NCBI RefSeq assembly: GCF_001447785.1
Contig: NW_015164190.1
Span: 640,877 to 704,876 of the forward strand
DNA: 64,000 bases
Reading direction: 5' to 3'
Source: Gekko japonicus
Taxonomy: Eukaryota
Shown: positions 35,155 to 47,693 of the stretch, piece by piece
Position numbering within the stretch: position 1 is the stretch's first letter
How the letters are laid out: the number at the start of each line of letters is the position of its first letter
The notes under the pieces: model-generated
Seen by the model: only the letters and a program-made list of their open reading frames with translations
Told to the model about the DNA's origin: nothing
Database searches by the model: none
Program-made: the position numbers and the translations under genes

Positions 35155-37115
35155 CTGTTTGAGATGACCATAGCACTTCTGAGGCGGCTCATTAATGGAA
35201 GGAAATTCACTGTATGAAACCCCCCTCCCTGTATTGCTTTACTTGAAATTGGGACAACAACAAATAACATCCGGTTTAGAATGGTAATGTGAAAAGGGCC
35301 AGTAAGTCAAAATCACATTCTCACATTAATAATTTTTAAAAATGCAGAAATGGAAGTTGAAGAGACTAAAAACTACCCCTTCTGAAATTTGCTAACTAAC
35401 ACAAAACACACAGGTTCACATACACATTACCTTGAGAAATAAAATGATCCCGGTAGGACTTTTCATGTACTTATACTCTGGAAAAGGATTTAAATGAGTC
35501 TGGATTCAACCTTATTGTTACTGCAGTGGTGTTACAGTATGTGCCAGTGTGAGGAATATTTGTGCAGAAAAATACACCCAGATTTTGAGCCACCATGTGC
35601 TCTTGCATATACGCTGACCACTTTAACACATCCTTCAAAAGGCTGATTCCAATTGTCTTATTTTCTTGAAAATCATTCTGGATTAACTTTTTCACAGGCT
35701 TGCTTCACACATGACAAAGTAGGAAATCCATGTGCAGAAAGATAGTCGTAATGTGTGGGGGAAAACAATTTTGACACAATACCACACAGAGGCTAAATCT
35801 GCCAAAATCGCAAGGGGCGGTGCTATCCCCAATGTTGATAAATATAAATAAATAAATAAATATAAAATACTTGGGCCAAAATAGACACCCAGACTATTTT
35901 CACACGATAAAGTCAACACTGTCTGCAGAAAATCTGTAAACTTTACAAGTGGATTTGGAAATAAAATTTAAGACTAGGAAGTAAATTCAATACTAAATAA
36001 TAAGCAAAGAAGCAAAACTTCCTATATCATAACTGCAAGGCTGCTCTGCAACTGAAACTCTTTATGAACAACTGGTGGGTCCAACTGCTTGAATCCCTAG
36101 TATATCTTGCAAGAAAAGAAAAGCAACTCCTTAGCAAGTTAGGAGAACCTGTGAACACATATGACTCAGATACATGCCAAATTACAAATCCTGCAGAAAC
36201 CCCACACAGAAGAGCACAATAACAAAGTTTGACTCAAACTTTGCTCTGCTGCTTCAGACCAACACAGCTACCCACCAGAAGCATACAATATCACTCTCTT
36301 CGTTCACTAACATAATCATAGTAAGGAATTGTCAACATCTCTTCCCCATTATGACAGCCCTTTGTCTTCCTTCCTTCTTCCTGAAAGTTGCCCTTTTTCA
36401 TACAGTTAAAGCACTGTTTTCCTCCCTTCTGTCTTTGATGTTATCTGCAGCTTGCACATTTTATAAATCCTACAGTGTTATTTAGCTTTGATTTGAAATT
36501 TAGCATCCTCAAACGAAAGCAAAAATGATCACAAGAAGATTAATTTAATACAGAGTCTAGATGCCCAGGGCTGCTTCTGTGAAGATCATATCAATGAAAC
36601 CTCAACAACAATTTTCATCTCCCAGTTAAAAACAAAAACAAATCATCAATCCTTCTTACACTAATAATAAAAAATTGGAAGTGATTCATGTCTTCCAATT
36701 TATAACCTGTTAAAATCTTTATTTTCCTCGAGCTTCTTGATCCTGGAAAAGAGGAGGCATAAAAACAGGGAAGGAAATGTCTTTTGTTGAACTAAATCTT
36801 GCCAGGCTGTCCTCTGTTCCACTGGAGAAAGGGGACAACACCAGTGGCCACAGGAGGCCTAGCTGAACACATCACCAGCAGCTGCTGCAGGGGCATCTCA
36901 GTATCTCTCCTCTCTCTCACTACTCACCACTGCACGGATTGTCTGCAATTTCTACCTCTAGCTCAGCATTGCCTTCACAGAAACACCTCATCTTCCCAGG
37001 TCCCTCAAACCCTGAATCTTGGGGGGATTGGGGGTGTAGGGTCAGCTCTGAGGTTCTGATTATGGAACACAATCTATGTCTATGTATCAATGCATTCTCA
37101 TCCATACAAGCCAGT

Positions 37116-37296
37116 TAGGATTGCCAACATATCTAGTGAAAAATATTTTGTGCTTTTATGAAGGGCTTAATGTATGGAAATAGCCAACTGAAACTTTTCA
37201 TGCCATGGAAGTAAATAACATCACCTGGTAAAAATATATCATTCAGCCTCTGTTAAAGGGACAGGACATTTTTTCTCAAGACAGTTGGCAAACCTA
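37116..37296. mobile_element. Old hAT-type MITE
   Basis: TAGGATTGCCAAC ... GTTGGCAAACCTA; body similar to 33195-33265. Confidence 0.55.
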
Positions 37297-38243
37297 GTTC
37301 AATCAAACCTTACAGGTCTTATGCCTCAGGGAACCAGCAGGTCTTTAACCTAGGGAAAAAATGCTGATTGCTCACATACCTCCCCGCTTCTCTTTTGTGT
37401 CAAATCTCACAGCTAGAGAACTTGACCATTTTCAGAATGTGTCCCAGAGGACACCCTCCCCAATTAATTTCCACACAGAATTCCTAATAAGGTGATACTC
37501 TGCCTTTTCCCGGTGACTCCAGCTTTTGTTCTATGCCGTCCTTTGAGGGAACTCTGATTTCTCTGACCTTCCACCCCTAGGCTGGCCTCAGCATGCTTTA
37601 TCTCCCATTCCAGTCCTCTCCTCCCAAAAGGGGCTGGGACAGGGCGTGCGTGTTGAGCTGGCAGTTACCCACCCAGATGTCCCTGAAGAATCAACCAGCA
37701 CCCAGCAGTACTTGTTTACTTGGGGAGATCAAGTGTAGCAGCTTGAAGAGATATCTTTCAGTGCTAGACAGTCAGTGCTGGGAGAGCATTGTCCTCTTCC
37801 AGAGTGCTAGCAAGCTGCCTGACAGTTTCCAGTTACATCTAGTTGGCTCAACAGCTACATCCCAGTTGGCTCAACACTGGGTGAGCCCCATCATGAGGCA
37901 ACATGACGGAGACAAACTGAGAAGCAAGTTCCAGAGGGTATACCACATTCTTGCATTCAACCTGCATCTCTTTATTTGTTGTCATTCTGCTTGTTTTCCT
38001 ACAGGTACAAAAAATCCAGGATCAGCTGTGCATTATAAGATATTCAAAGATTAAGTATATAGGAAATAGAGTTCCTTTGTGTCTCCTACTCTGACATGAA
38101 CTTCCTAACCTTGTATCTTCAAAACGTTCCAAGGAACAGATGGAACAATAAACTGTTATCCTTAAAGTAATTGTGCAATTGTCTTTGCCAGGCAATTTCC
38201 TTTATCAGGGCACATTTGGATTGCCCAGATGTAAGTAAAACTG

Positions 38244-39370
38244 AGGCCGATTCCACACTAATGGTTTACTTTCCGTTCCCCCCGGGTCTAATTGACCCGA
38301 TTCTGGGGGGGGATTTCCGCATTACAGAAATCTGACCCGGATTTGTCCCCGGTCTGCATTTCTGCATGTCGCGTTGCCCGAAATCTAGCGCCCCTCCCCT
38401 CTCTTCTGCCTCCTTTTTTAAATCAGAGGCGTGGTTGCATTGAAACGCACCCGCCCACTTTGGGAAACAGGCGTGCTTCATGCATGCGTGGTTGTGTTGT
38501 GACGCATCCACCAGCGAAACAGCAAAGAACTAGGCACGTGCAGTTTGCACATGCCTGGTTGTGTTACAACACAACTGGTCCGTGATTGGTCCCTTTAATT
38601 TTTTTGAACTTGAATGCCCGCTGTTATGTCCATGGACTGCCACCAGGGGTCTGCGGCCTCAGTCCTTAGCTTGGTTCCAAACGCAATAGGGACCAAGGAT
38701 CCTAGACCACCCTGAGTCCTCCAATAGGACCTTTGGCGGGTAATTCAAACCCCCCAGTGGAACTGTGGGTGTGCCTGGGTGGAATGTATATAGTTGGCCC
38801 TTGCCGGACCGTGTGTGTTCTCTTGTTGTGAAGTACAATAAACGCGTCTAGATAGCATGTCGTAGTCTGAGTCTCCATGTGTGAACCCAGTACTTTACAC
38901 TTGTGAAAAGAGGAAACCCACCAAAACAGCTGTGGATTACGCATGCATGCTTTGCGCATGCGTGGTTGCATTGTAACGTGACCGCGATTGGTCCCTTTAA
39001 TTTTTTTGAACATCAATGCCCATGAAAAGCAGAAACTCCATTGAAGATAGGTGCGTCCAGCAACTGTCACTGCCATCATGTCTCCTAGGTGAGTGAGAGC
39101 GCTAGGAGTTATCCTGTCCCTGTTACAGGTGATAACACTCAGCCTGACTTCCTCCCTCAATGTGATTTTTGCTCTACAGCCCTTAGGTTACCCCCCTCCA
39201 CGAAAAAAATTGTCTACGCCTCCATGCCACCCTTAATGTATGTTTTTAACAATGGCGCTACTTTTATACAAATGGCAAATTACCACCGAGAAATGGGAAA
39301 ACAGTATACGGACATTTAAAAGCCAGTCAACGACGGCTCATTATTGCATTGCAATGCAACACCGGGGGGG
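38244..39370. mobile_element. CpG-rich non-autonomous DNA-transposon-like segment (possibly PIF/Harbinger)
   Basis: Starts gaggccgattccacac; repeated gcgtggttg motifs and duplicated gattggtccctttaatttttttgaac (38584, 38986). Confidence 0.4.
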
Positions 39371-39421
39371 GGGACCTGTGCACCAAGGAGGGGGGTAGCA
39401 GGTGGGAGCGGGTGGGGGGAA

Positions 39422-39700
39422 AGAAGCAGAGGGAGGAGGAGGAGATAGGATTTATACCCTGCCTTTTACTACCCAAAGGAGTCTCAGAGCGGCTTACAAA
39501 CTCCTTTCCTTCCCCCTCTCCACAACAGACACCCTGTGAGGTAGGTGGGGCTGAGAGAGCTCTGACAGAAACGGCTCTTTTTCAAGAACAGCTGTGCCAG
39601 AACTATGGCTTGCCCAAGGTCATCCAGCAGGTTCAAGTGGAGGAGTGGGGAATCAAACCCAGTTCTCCAAGATCAGAGTCTGCACACTTAACCACTACCT
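39422..39700 (-). mobile_element. Squam3-like tRNA-derived SINE
   Basis: ggatttataccc..gagtctcagagcggcttaca..gtgaggtaggtggggctgagagag..gggaatcaaacccagttctcc..cttaaccactac. Confidence 0.75.
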
Positions 39701-39716
39701 CCCTCATGCTCTCCCT

Positions 39717-40195
39717 CACTACCTCCCATGCTCTCTACATGGGGCTGCCTTTGTCGCAAATCCGGAAGCTGCAGCTAGTGCAGAATGCTGCGGCCAGGCT
39801 GTTGGTGGGTCTCCCAAATGGAAGCACATCCAGCCTGTGCTGAAAGTGCTGCACTGGCTGCCAATAGCGTACCGGGTTCGCTTCAAAGTGCTGGTTCTTA
39901 CCTTTAAAGCCCTATATGGCCGGGGTCCGACATACCTGAGGGACCGCCTTTCCCCGTATATACCCCAAAGAGCACTACAGTCTGGGGCACAACATCGCCT
40001 AGTGATTCCAGGCCCCAAGGAGGCCCGGCTTGCTGCAACCAGGGCCAGGGCCTACTCAGTGGCAGCTCCTACCTGGTGGAATGAGCTCCCGGAGGAGATC
40101 AGGGCCCTGCGGGACCTTGTACAGTTCTGCAGGGCCTGCAGGATGGAGCTCTTCCACCAGGCTTTCGATTAGGAGCCGCCACTACCACCATCACC
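39717..40195 (+). mobile_element. L2-clade LINE 3' ORF2 fragment
   Basis: LQLVQNAAARLL..HIQPVLKVLHWLPI..FKVLVLTFKALYG..WNELPEEIR. Confidence 0.85.
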
Positions 40196-41419
40196 AACAA
40201 ACCCGGTTGATAACAGGTAATAGTTCTGCTTTTTAAAACAAATTTCCTCTTGTTCATTACTTTTGCAGACCCATTAATTACTTCCTGTTCTCTCTTGAGG
40301 CTTCAGAATTCATGATTTGATAATGAGCAACTGGAGGGGAATTAATAGCGCAATCCTAGTTGATTTAGAAGGGTGTAACTGTTTACAATTGCACTGTAAT
40401 TGCTGCTTTGTACTTTGCAGTCAAAGCTATTGGTCATTTTTAAATTTTATTTTTATTATCTTAATAGCACAATCACAAAATTACAATATTAAAAACTTAA
40501 AATTAGCAATGGTTTTGGCTGCAGAGTGAAAAGTGATACTTAATTTCTCCCTCCTGAACTATTGTAAATATTTAACAACTGATTCAGGAATGCTATCTGT
40601 GAGAGAAAAGAAAATAATTAATTATGCCATAAAAAGAAGGGAAGAAACAAAATGTAAAGGGACAGTATGTCTGAGAAATTTTAGCACTAATTTGACTATC
40701 CATATGGGTTAGCCTTTCAGTGCAATTGCATTTTAATATTTTTAAAAATCACCACAAGCCTGGTCTGAAAAAAATGGGAGATAATGGCTGCTTCCACAGA
40801 CTGCGGACAGCAGAATGCCCTTGCTGTTTTAAGGGATATCCACATGATGTCATGCTCGACATTCTGAGTACCATGTGTGGGGTTCCTGGAGCTTTCCTCT
40901 TTGAGATAAGATTAAAGGAAAATCTCCTTTGATCCTATTCAGAGGAAAAAAGGGGGGCTGAGGGTGGATACAGAACTAAGCTCTGCTTCCAAAATGGCCT
41001 TTTAACTGGCTTTTCCCCTTCTCATCTGAACTATAAAGGGGGAGCAGATTGCCTGGCACAAGGGGCCCCTAGCATGATTGTTGTTGTCATGTTAGTGTTT
41101 TTCACCAATATAATAGAGGAAAAGAGGGAGAGACAGGTGATGGAGCAACTTCAACAGTGATTGGCACATGGATGAACCTCCTGCTCCACTCACTACTGCA
41201 TCCACAGCAAAGGTGCACCTTTTCTCACCCCTTTGTGGAAGCAGCCAATAGGGACATTCTGGGATGCACTGAGTTGCCAGTTGTGTTATCTGAATTCTCA
41301 GAACTGAGTGAATGAATTATGGCAGTTGCAGACTAAATGGCTAGTGTGGAAGCACCCACAGAGGGCAGAGGAATGAGTCTTCATTAGGCTAGAGTCACGA
41401 TTCCAAATTAAAAAATTCT

Positions 41420-42041
41420 ATCAGAGTTGTTCTCTCAAGAGCAGTTCTCAAAAGAACTCTCTCAGCCCCACCTACCCTCTGTCAGCAAGCTGCCAAAGAA
41501 CTCTGTGTAGCATAAGAGCTGTGCCTGGATCCCCCCCCCCCCCCATGGTTCCTATAGATTCCCAACTGCATATTATGCTTGTTGTCTCATGCATTCCTTT
41601 CGGTGAACGCTAGTACAGCTTTGAAACGTGCTTATCTGCAAGGTCACAGGTGCTGAGAGGAGACGGCTTCGCTTAGTCTATAATGAGCTAAAGTGTGAGA
41701 ACAACTAATTGTTAGCTTTTAGGAAACCGTTGCTTCTCAGACTAGGGGTGCGAATCTGAGAGTCAACCCGTGCGAGCAGGAACCAAGTCCATTGGTTATT
41801 GTCGGTTTGATTTTGCTTTACTATCCCCTGCTTGGACCTTCCCCAGTTATTCTAAACAGTGAACGTGTTCCTGTTCCATCATGGCTTCAATAAAATACTA
41901 CTTTGCTACAATCGTGTATTGATTGCAAGTTGCATGTGTCTGTTGTGGGAAGGGGAAGGGGAAGGGAAGGGAGATTGTAAACTGCTCTGAGACTCCTTTG
42001 AGTAGTGAAGGGTGGGGTATAAATCCAATCTCTTCTTCTTC
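41420..42041 (+). mobile_element. Squam3-like SINE interrupted by a solo-LTR-like insert (41480-41934)
   Basis: SINE halves ctctctcagccccacctacc and tgtctgttgtggg..ggtataaatccaatctcttcttcttc are separated by a TG...CA insert carrying AATAAA at about 41889. Confidence 0.6.
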
Positions 42042-42884
42042 TCATACCAAAGGTGATTATTTTTCATGTTAGCACTAGCTGAGAGGCACTGGCTGTACCT
42101 GACCTTGAAACTAGCCATTGTGTGAGATGTTTCCGTTATCTTCCAAAGGACAACAGCCTTTCTGTCACAGGATAGAACCTTGTCACAGTATAACAAGCCT
42201 TCAGTAGAAACAAACAGCCATTCAAGAGGAGAATATTCATTAGAGTCAGAAAGCTAGATTAAAGTTACAAATTAAAGCTATGCAACTGAAGCCAACTAAC
42301 CCAACAGTAAAAGGGAGCAAAAAGTAACACAGATGTAGATTCAGGTCAATAAAGTGTATTGCTATAGTAGGAGAGCTGGGAAATACTGAGTTCTGAGAGG
42401 AAAGTAAATAAAACCAGAAAAAATGCCATGCACTTAGTCTTGGTTTTTAAGGGACACGGTGAAAGCCTTTTACCCTGTCCCGTTTTTTAAGATTCATCCT
42501 GGCCCTCTCTACATATTACATGTCCATCGCTTCCTATGTGCAATCACTGCCTTGTGTCCACAAAGTCTTACATATGTGGGATGTGTATGCATGCAGGCTC
42601 CATTGCTATGATCAGGAAGGCTCCTATCAGGAAAGATAAGCCTTGCTGATCTCAGACTCTCTCTCTGTACCTATTATGTTTGTGCCTCTTTACTGAGATC
42701 CAGAATTTATAGTATAATGGTGCGTGTGTAGATTCAGTAAGGTCTAAACAAGGTCTATAACCAAGCCCACCCTTCCAATTAATTAAAGTACATTTAATTA
42801 ATTGGAAATGGGGCTTTTCTTGGGATAAACCCCCCCTCACAGTATAACTGCAGTGATATTAACACTAATCAAACACATTATAGA

Positions 42885-43265
42885 GGAGGCATGCTAGTCT
42901 GCTGCAACCAATATAACAGTTTGTGGCACCTTAAAGACTATGGTTGTCAACTCCAAGTGGTGGCTGGAGATCTCCTGGGATTACAACCGATCTCCAGGTG
43001 ACCGACCTCATCAGGAGGAAAGAGCAACGGAAGGTGGACTCTATGGTATTATACTCCATCGAAGTACCTCCCGAAACCCCACCCTCTCCAGGCTCCACCC
43101 CCCAAATTTCCAGTTATTTCTCAAGCCAGCGCTGGCAATCCTATTAAAGGCTAACGAATAATGTCATAGCTTTCGTATGTCTGTCTGAGGAAGCGTGTTT
43201 GCACACGAAAGCTCATACCTTGAATAAAACTTTGTTGGTCTTAAAGGTGCCACTGGACTCAAATT
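42885..43265. mobile_element. Penelope-like element relic (inverted termini) with nested hAT MITE 42939-43143
   Basis: gtggcaccttaaagac / gtcttaaaggtgccac inverted ends; MITE TSD ttaaagac / ttaaaggc. Confidence 0.7.
43182..43218 (+). ncRNA. Minimal type I hammerhead ribozyme motif
   Basis: CUGAGGA-A-GCGUG-UUUG-CACAC-GAAA-GC-UC; palindromic AGCU stem III; weak stem I. Confidence 0.45.
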
Positions 43266-43339
43266 CTATAGGTTTCCTAAGTCAGAGGCCACTTTGACCA
43301 GGTCACGTATTTTACGAACAGTCCACCTTTCAACTTTTT

Positions 43340-44210
43340 TCTTTGAAGCACGAGGACTACGGTCCTAGCATGTTCATCTGATCTAAACCCTTGATTTACA
43401 ACGATAATTACAGCATGCCTGGTACGTGTGTTCCTGAGGGACGACTAGATAAATGTCCCTCCCCCCGCATATCTGACTGGATGTCTTGAAGCTCCTCCTT
43501 GAGATTCAAGTCAGAGGCGGGAGGAGGAGTTCTGCGCCTGCTTGCTGGAGCCGATGATAAAGCCCACCACCGGCATCAGAAATCCGAGACAAAGAGAAAC
43601 GGCTTGAGGCAAGTTATGAAGGGGAAAGGGACGGGTGGGCCTGGGGAGTTGGAAATGGTCAGGTAGCGACTGATGAGCAGGCCCAGAACGAGAATGAGAG
43701 AAAGTGTGGTGGTAATGCTGAATTCATGGACTACATTTCCCATCAGCCCCTGCTGCTTGACAGTGACCTTCAGAAACAGTTGCCTTTATCCAGAGACTAG
43801 AAACGAGGACGGAAGGGGAAAAAGGAGAACACAGAAGAGGGATTGAGCGTGTTCGAAAGAGTTCAAATTAAAAAAGCATTAACCCCCAAGCAGATTGAAA
43901 GAAAAATGTAGGCTGACGCGACTGATTGTANNNNNNNNNNNNNNNNNNNNNNNNNNNNNNNNNNNNNNNNNNNTGACTGCAAATCTGCTGCTGCAGCCGG
44001 TGTCTAGTTAAAGCAGTCTTGAGGACTGCAAGGTACTCACCCCGTTTAAAGACCGGTCATTGTTAATCCGGTATTTTTAGCCCTCTTTAGACAAAATACC
44101 TGCGTAGAAGCCATAGTGTTTAAACGAGGAACGGATGAAACAGGCTTGCTTTGCTCTACACTGGGCCGAAGAGCTCATAGAAGCCACACGTGAGGTCGGC
44201 TTCTGACTAG
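43340..44210 (+). promoter_or_regulatory. CpG-enriched promoter with ZNF143/Staf SBS motifs, probable HPDL promoter and 5' non-coding exon
   Basis: ACTACATTTCCCATCAGCCC at 43730-43749, variant ACTACGGTCCTAGCATG at 43356-43372, candidate donor tag/gtatgt after 44210. Confidence 0.55.
43931..43973. other. Assembly gap (43 N)
   Basis: Run of N. Confidence 1.
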
Positions 44211-44929
44211 GTATGTGGTCTGCAGGATACTAATGTGATTGCTAGAACACACCAGAATTAATATAGAGAGAGGTGGTAAAGCCTTTAGTACTTGCCTCCA
44301 ATACTGGTTCCACAGCCCCCTCCCAGATTACGGTCCTGTTATTTTTGTTTTTAAAAAAATGCAAACTAGGTGCAAGATGTGGAGGAGAAATGTAAATTTA
44401 ATGAGGCAGGAAACGGGAGGGATTTAAGAAAAAGTAGTTCTATTCTGGTGTAGGGATGAGGAGCAGAGCTTGTGAGGAATGTTTTAGTAAACCTGGAGAA
44501 AGGAGGGGTGATGTGAACAAAGAAGCCCATTTTTTAAAAATGTGTGAGGAAGAAGCAAATTGTAAAAGAAAATTGAAGATGAAAGAATAGGTAAAATGGC
44601 TTAAATTAAAAATTGCTTGATTTTTCCATCTCCCAGGTATTAATTCCCAGACAACCTGATAGGTGGCCTGCTTGATTGGAAAGCCCTTGAAAATTATTTT
44701 TTTAAAGCAGCATTACAAATATCCCCCCTCCCTTCCACTGAGAATAGGGATAAGGAATTAATTTAAAACACAGAATGACAGTCTCATAGCAAACAAACAC
44801 CCTGCCCAGGAAGCTTGATTTGAAGGCATGAGACTCCAATCAGTGCTACAAAAGACCCAATGGGAATGATGCAATGAGCCATGAGGCTTCCGAAGAACTT
44901 GCTTTTCAGTGTCTGTTCTCCACTTGCAC

Positions 44930-45116
44930 CTGGCTTGATGACCTTGGGCAAGCCATAGCTCTGAGCTGTTCTTGAAAAAGAGTACTGTCTGTCAAAGCTC
45001 TCTCGGCCCCACCTACCTCACAGGGTGACTGTTGTGGGAAGGGAAAGGATTTTGTAAGCCGCTCTGAGACTCCTTTGGGTAGTGAAGGGCGGGGTATAAA
45101 TCCAATCTCTTTTTCT
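44930..45116 (+). mobile_element. Squam3-like SINE 3' part
   Basis: gaccttgggcaag..ccccacctacctcacagggt..gtaagccgctctgagactcc..gggcggggtataaatcc. Confidence 0.7.
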
Positions 45117-45124
45117 TGACAACC

Positions 45125-45580
45125 TCCGTGTAAATGTAGATAAAGGTCAGACCTCCTTGTTACTCCTATTGGATTTATCTGCTCCCTTTGATACAGTGGA
45201 CCATGTCATTTTGTTGAGGCACCTGGAGGCAGAAGCAGACATCAGGGGTTGTGTGTTGAACTGGTTCAAATAATTCCTCATGGACTGGACCCAAAGAATT
45301 GCCATGGGAGACCAGTTATTGTCAGTATGGAACCCATCCTGTGAGGTCCCACAGAGTGCAATCCTATCCCCCACACTCTTCACTCTTTATGTAAAGCCCT
45401 TAGGCCAAATTATTTGTAGTTTTGGGGTTGGCTGTCATCAATATGCAGATGATACACAGCTATATATATATATCCTTATCCAAATATCCTGGGGATACAG
45501 TACAGGCCCTAAATTGCTGCCTGGCTGCTGTGGTTTAATAGCTCAGAGCGAACAAATTGAGACGAAACACTAGAAGGACA
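45125..45580 (+). mobile_element. L2-clade RT fragment
   Basis: LLLLDLSAPFDTVDH, VPQSAILSPTLF, CHQYADDTQLY. Confidence 0.8.
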
Positions 45581-45584
45581 GAAG

Positions 45585-46420
45585 TAGAGTACATTGCAAC
45601 AGTTCAATCTAGATGTAACTAAGGCATGGATCACTGTGGCTAGATCTGACTAATCCAGGAATGGATGCAGCTGATGCACCAGATGGAGCTGGGCAAAAGT
45701 ACTTTGAGCCACAGCAGCTGCCTGGTCTTGAAAGGTCACCGCTGTGTCAAGCAGCATTCCCAAACTATGAATCTGGCTTTTCAAGGGGAATATAATCCCA
45801 TCCAAGACAGGGGAGATCTTAAATCCCTGGTCTGCATTTCTACTAACTCAGAGAACCTCTGTCTTGTCAGAATTAAGTTTCATCTTATTCACCCTCATCC
45901 AGCCCATTACTGACTCAAAGCACTGGTTCAGAACATCAGAACATCAACAGCATCCTTGGAATTAGGTGGAAAGGAAAGGTAGAGCTGGGTATCATCCTCA
46001 TATTGGCGACATCACAGCCCATGCCTCCTGATGACCTCTCCCAGTGGCTTCATATAGATATTAAATAGCATAAGATGGAACCCTGCAGCACTCTGCCATG
46101 AGGCAGAGCAGGAATCCCCCAACACTACCTTCTGAGACCAGCCCCCCCAGATAGGACGTGAACCACTGTAATATAGTGCCCTTTAGTCCCAGTGTTGAGA
46201 GGTGGCCTAGTAGGCTACTATGGTCAATAGTATCAAAGGTTGCTAAGAAATCCAGCAGAACTAGCAGGGTCACATTCCCCCTGTGTAGTTCTCGATAGAG
46301 GTGACCAAAGCAGGCTCTGCTGTCAATTCTGACCTGAAGCCAAATTGAAAAGGGTCCAGAAAATGAGTTTCTTCTGGAGCTGAGAAGCAACAATCTGCTC
46401 TAGCACTTTGCTCAAGAATG
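45585..46420 (-). mobile_element. L2-clade RT fragment, opposite orientation
   Basis: [24 protein letters not shown]; QYEDDTQLYLSF. Confidence 0.7.
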
Positions 46421-47693
46421 GAAAATCAGAGCCTGGCTGAAAATTTTCTAATGTTGTAGGGCTCAGGGACACCCCCCCAAACCCCCCCACCCCAACAAAA
46501 CAGATCTGATGACTGCCTCCTTGAGCATGGGTGGCTCAACTCCCACTCTTAAGAAAGCATTTACCACTCCCCTTACCCACTCAGCCAGTTCCCCCTCTGG
46601 CAGCTGTTATCAGCCAGGAAGGGCAAGGGTCAACAACACAATGGGTAGGTCTCACCTGTCCAAGGTTCTTACCTGTATCCTTGGGGTCCACAAGCTGAAA
46701 GGTGTCCATATAAATCATATTTTTTGAAGCAGTTGTGATAGTTTCAGTAGTATTTCTCTCTCTATTTTAACAATTCTGTAACCCACTTAAATAGTATATG
46801 TTACTGCAGATGTTCCAGTGTAACCAGGGATAGGTGTATCTTGAGGGTCATCTTACTAGTGTTGATTTGGAAACCAAAGGCTATTAATAAATAAATGCTT
46901 GTAAAATCAGAGGACTAGAAATAGAACTGTATCATCTGCATACTGTCCTAGTTTATGCTGGTGTTATCCAGTAATTGCATTTATGTTATTTTGGCTGATA
47001 ATATTAGCAATACATAAGTGCAAGTAATACAGGAGTCTTTTCTTTGTGCCCTAATTATTCTGAAAATATAGGGGGGAAAGCCATTAACTGAGATGTAGGC
47101 TTGTAAAGTGGAATGTAGCACATTGCAAGTTCTACAAAAATTGGGTCCAGATTCAATCATTTTTGTTAGGTGGTCAAGAATGGCCATTTTTGCATTTTGA
47201 TTGATTAAAGATATTAATTAGGACTGGCTGAATCTTTTGCTGGCTTTGAGATAGTGATAATTGCTCTTCAGTTTCTGACATATGTATAAGACAGTTGAGA
47301 GGAATGGTAAAACAAAGACTACAAAGTGTCTTTTAGCTCAGGAAGTGCAGACCTACAAGTTCCCTTTTATTGATGGCTGCTTATGTCTAAAAATCCAGCA
47401 GCAGTTGGCTTGATCCTGTGCCATACAACCGAAGTGCTGGATTATGTAGGTGAATATTTTAATTGGCCAACTGCTCCACTCTCCTCGACCAGCTCTAGAT
47501 TCCTTTGGCTTTTTGATAACATGGAACGAGAAGAGGAGGCGCTAGAGTTTTTCCTTTCTCCTCCTGTCCTATGAAAGCTGGGACACTTCTCCTAGCTATC
47601 TGACCCTGCTGTCTAACCACTGAGTTTGCTTTATTTTTCTGTAGATCTCACAGAAAGCCTGTGTTTCAGCCCACTGCCTTTTCCAACTGCGTT

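Noticed and set aside
47661-47693. ORF-track N-terminal extension of HPDL
   Set aside because: Begins at GTG; homology starts at the ATG at 47694
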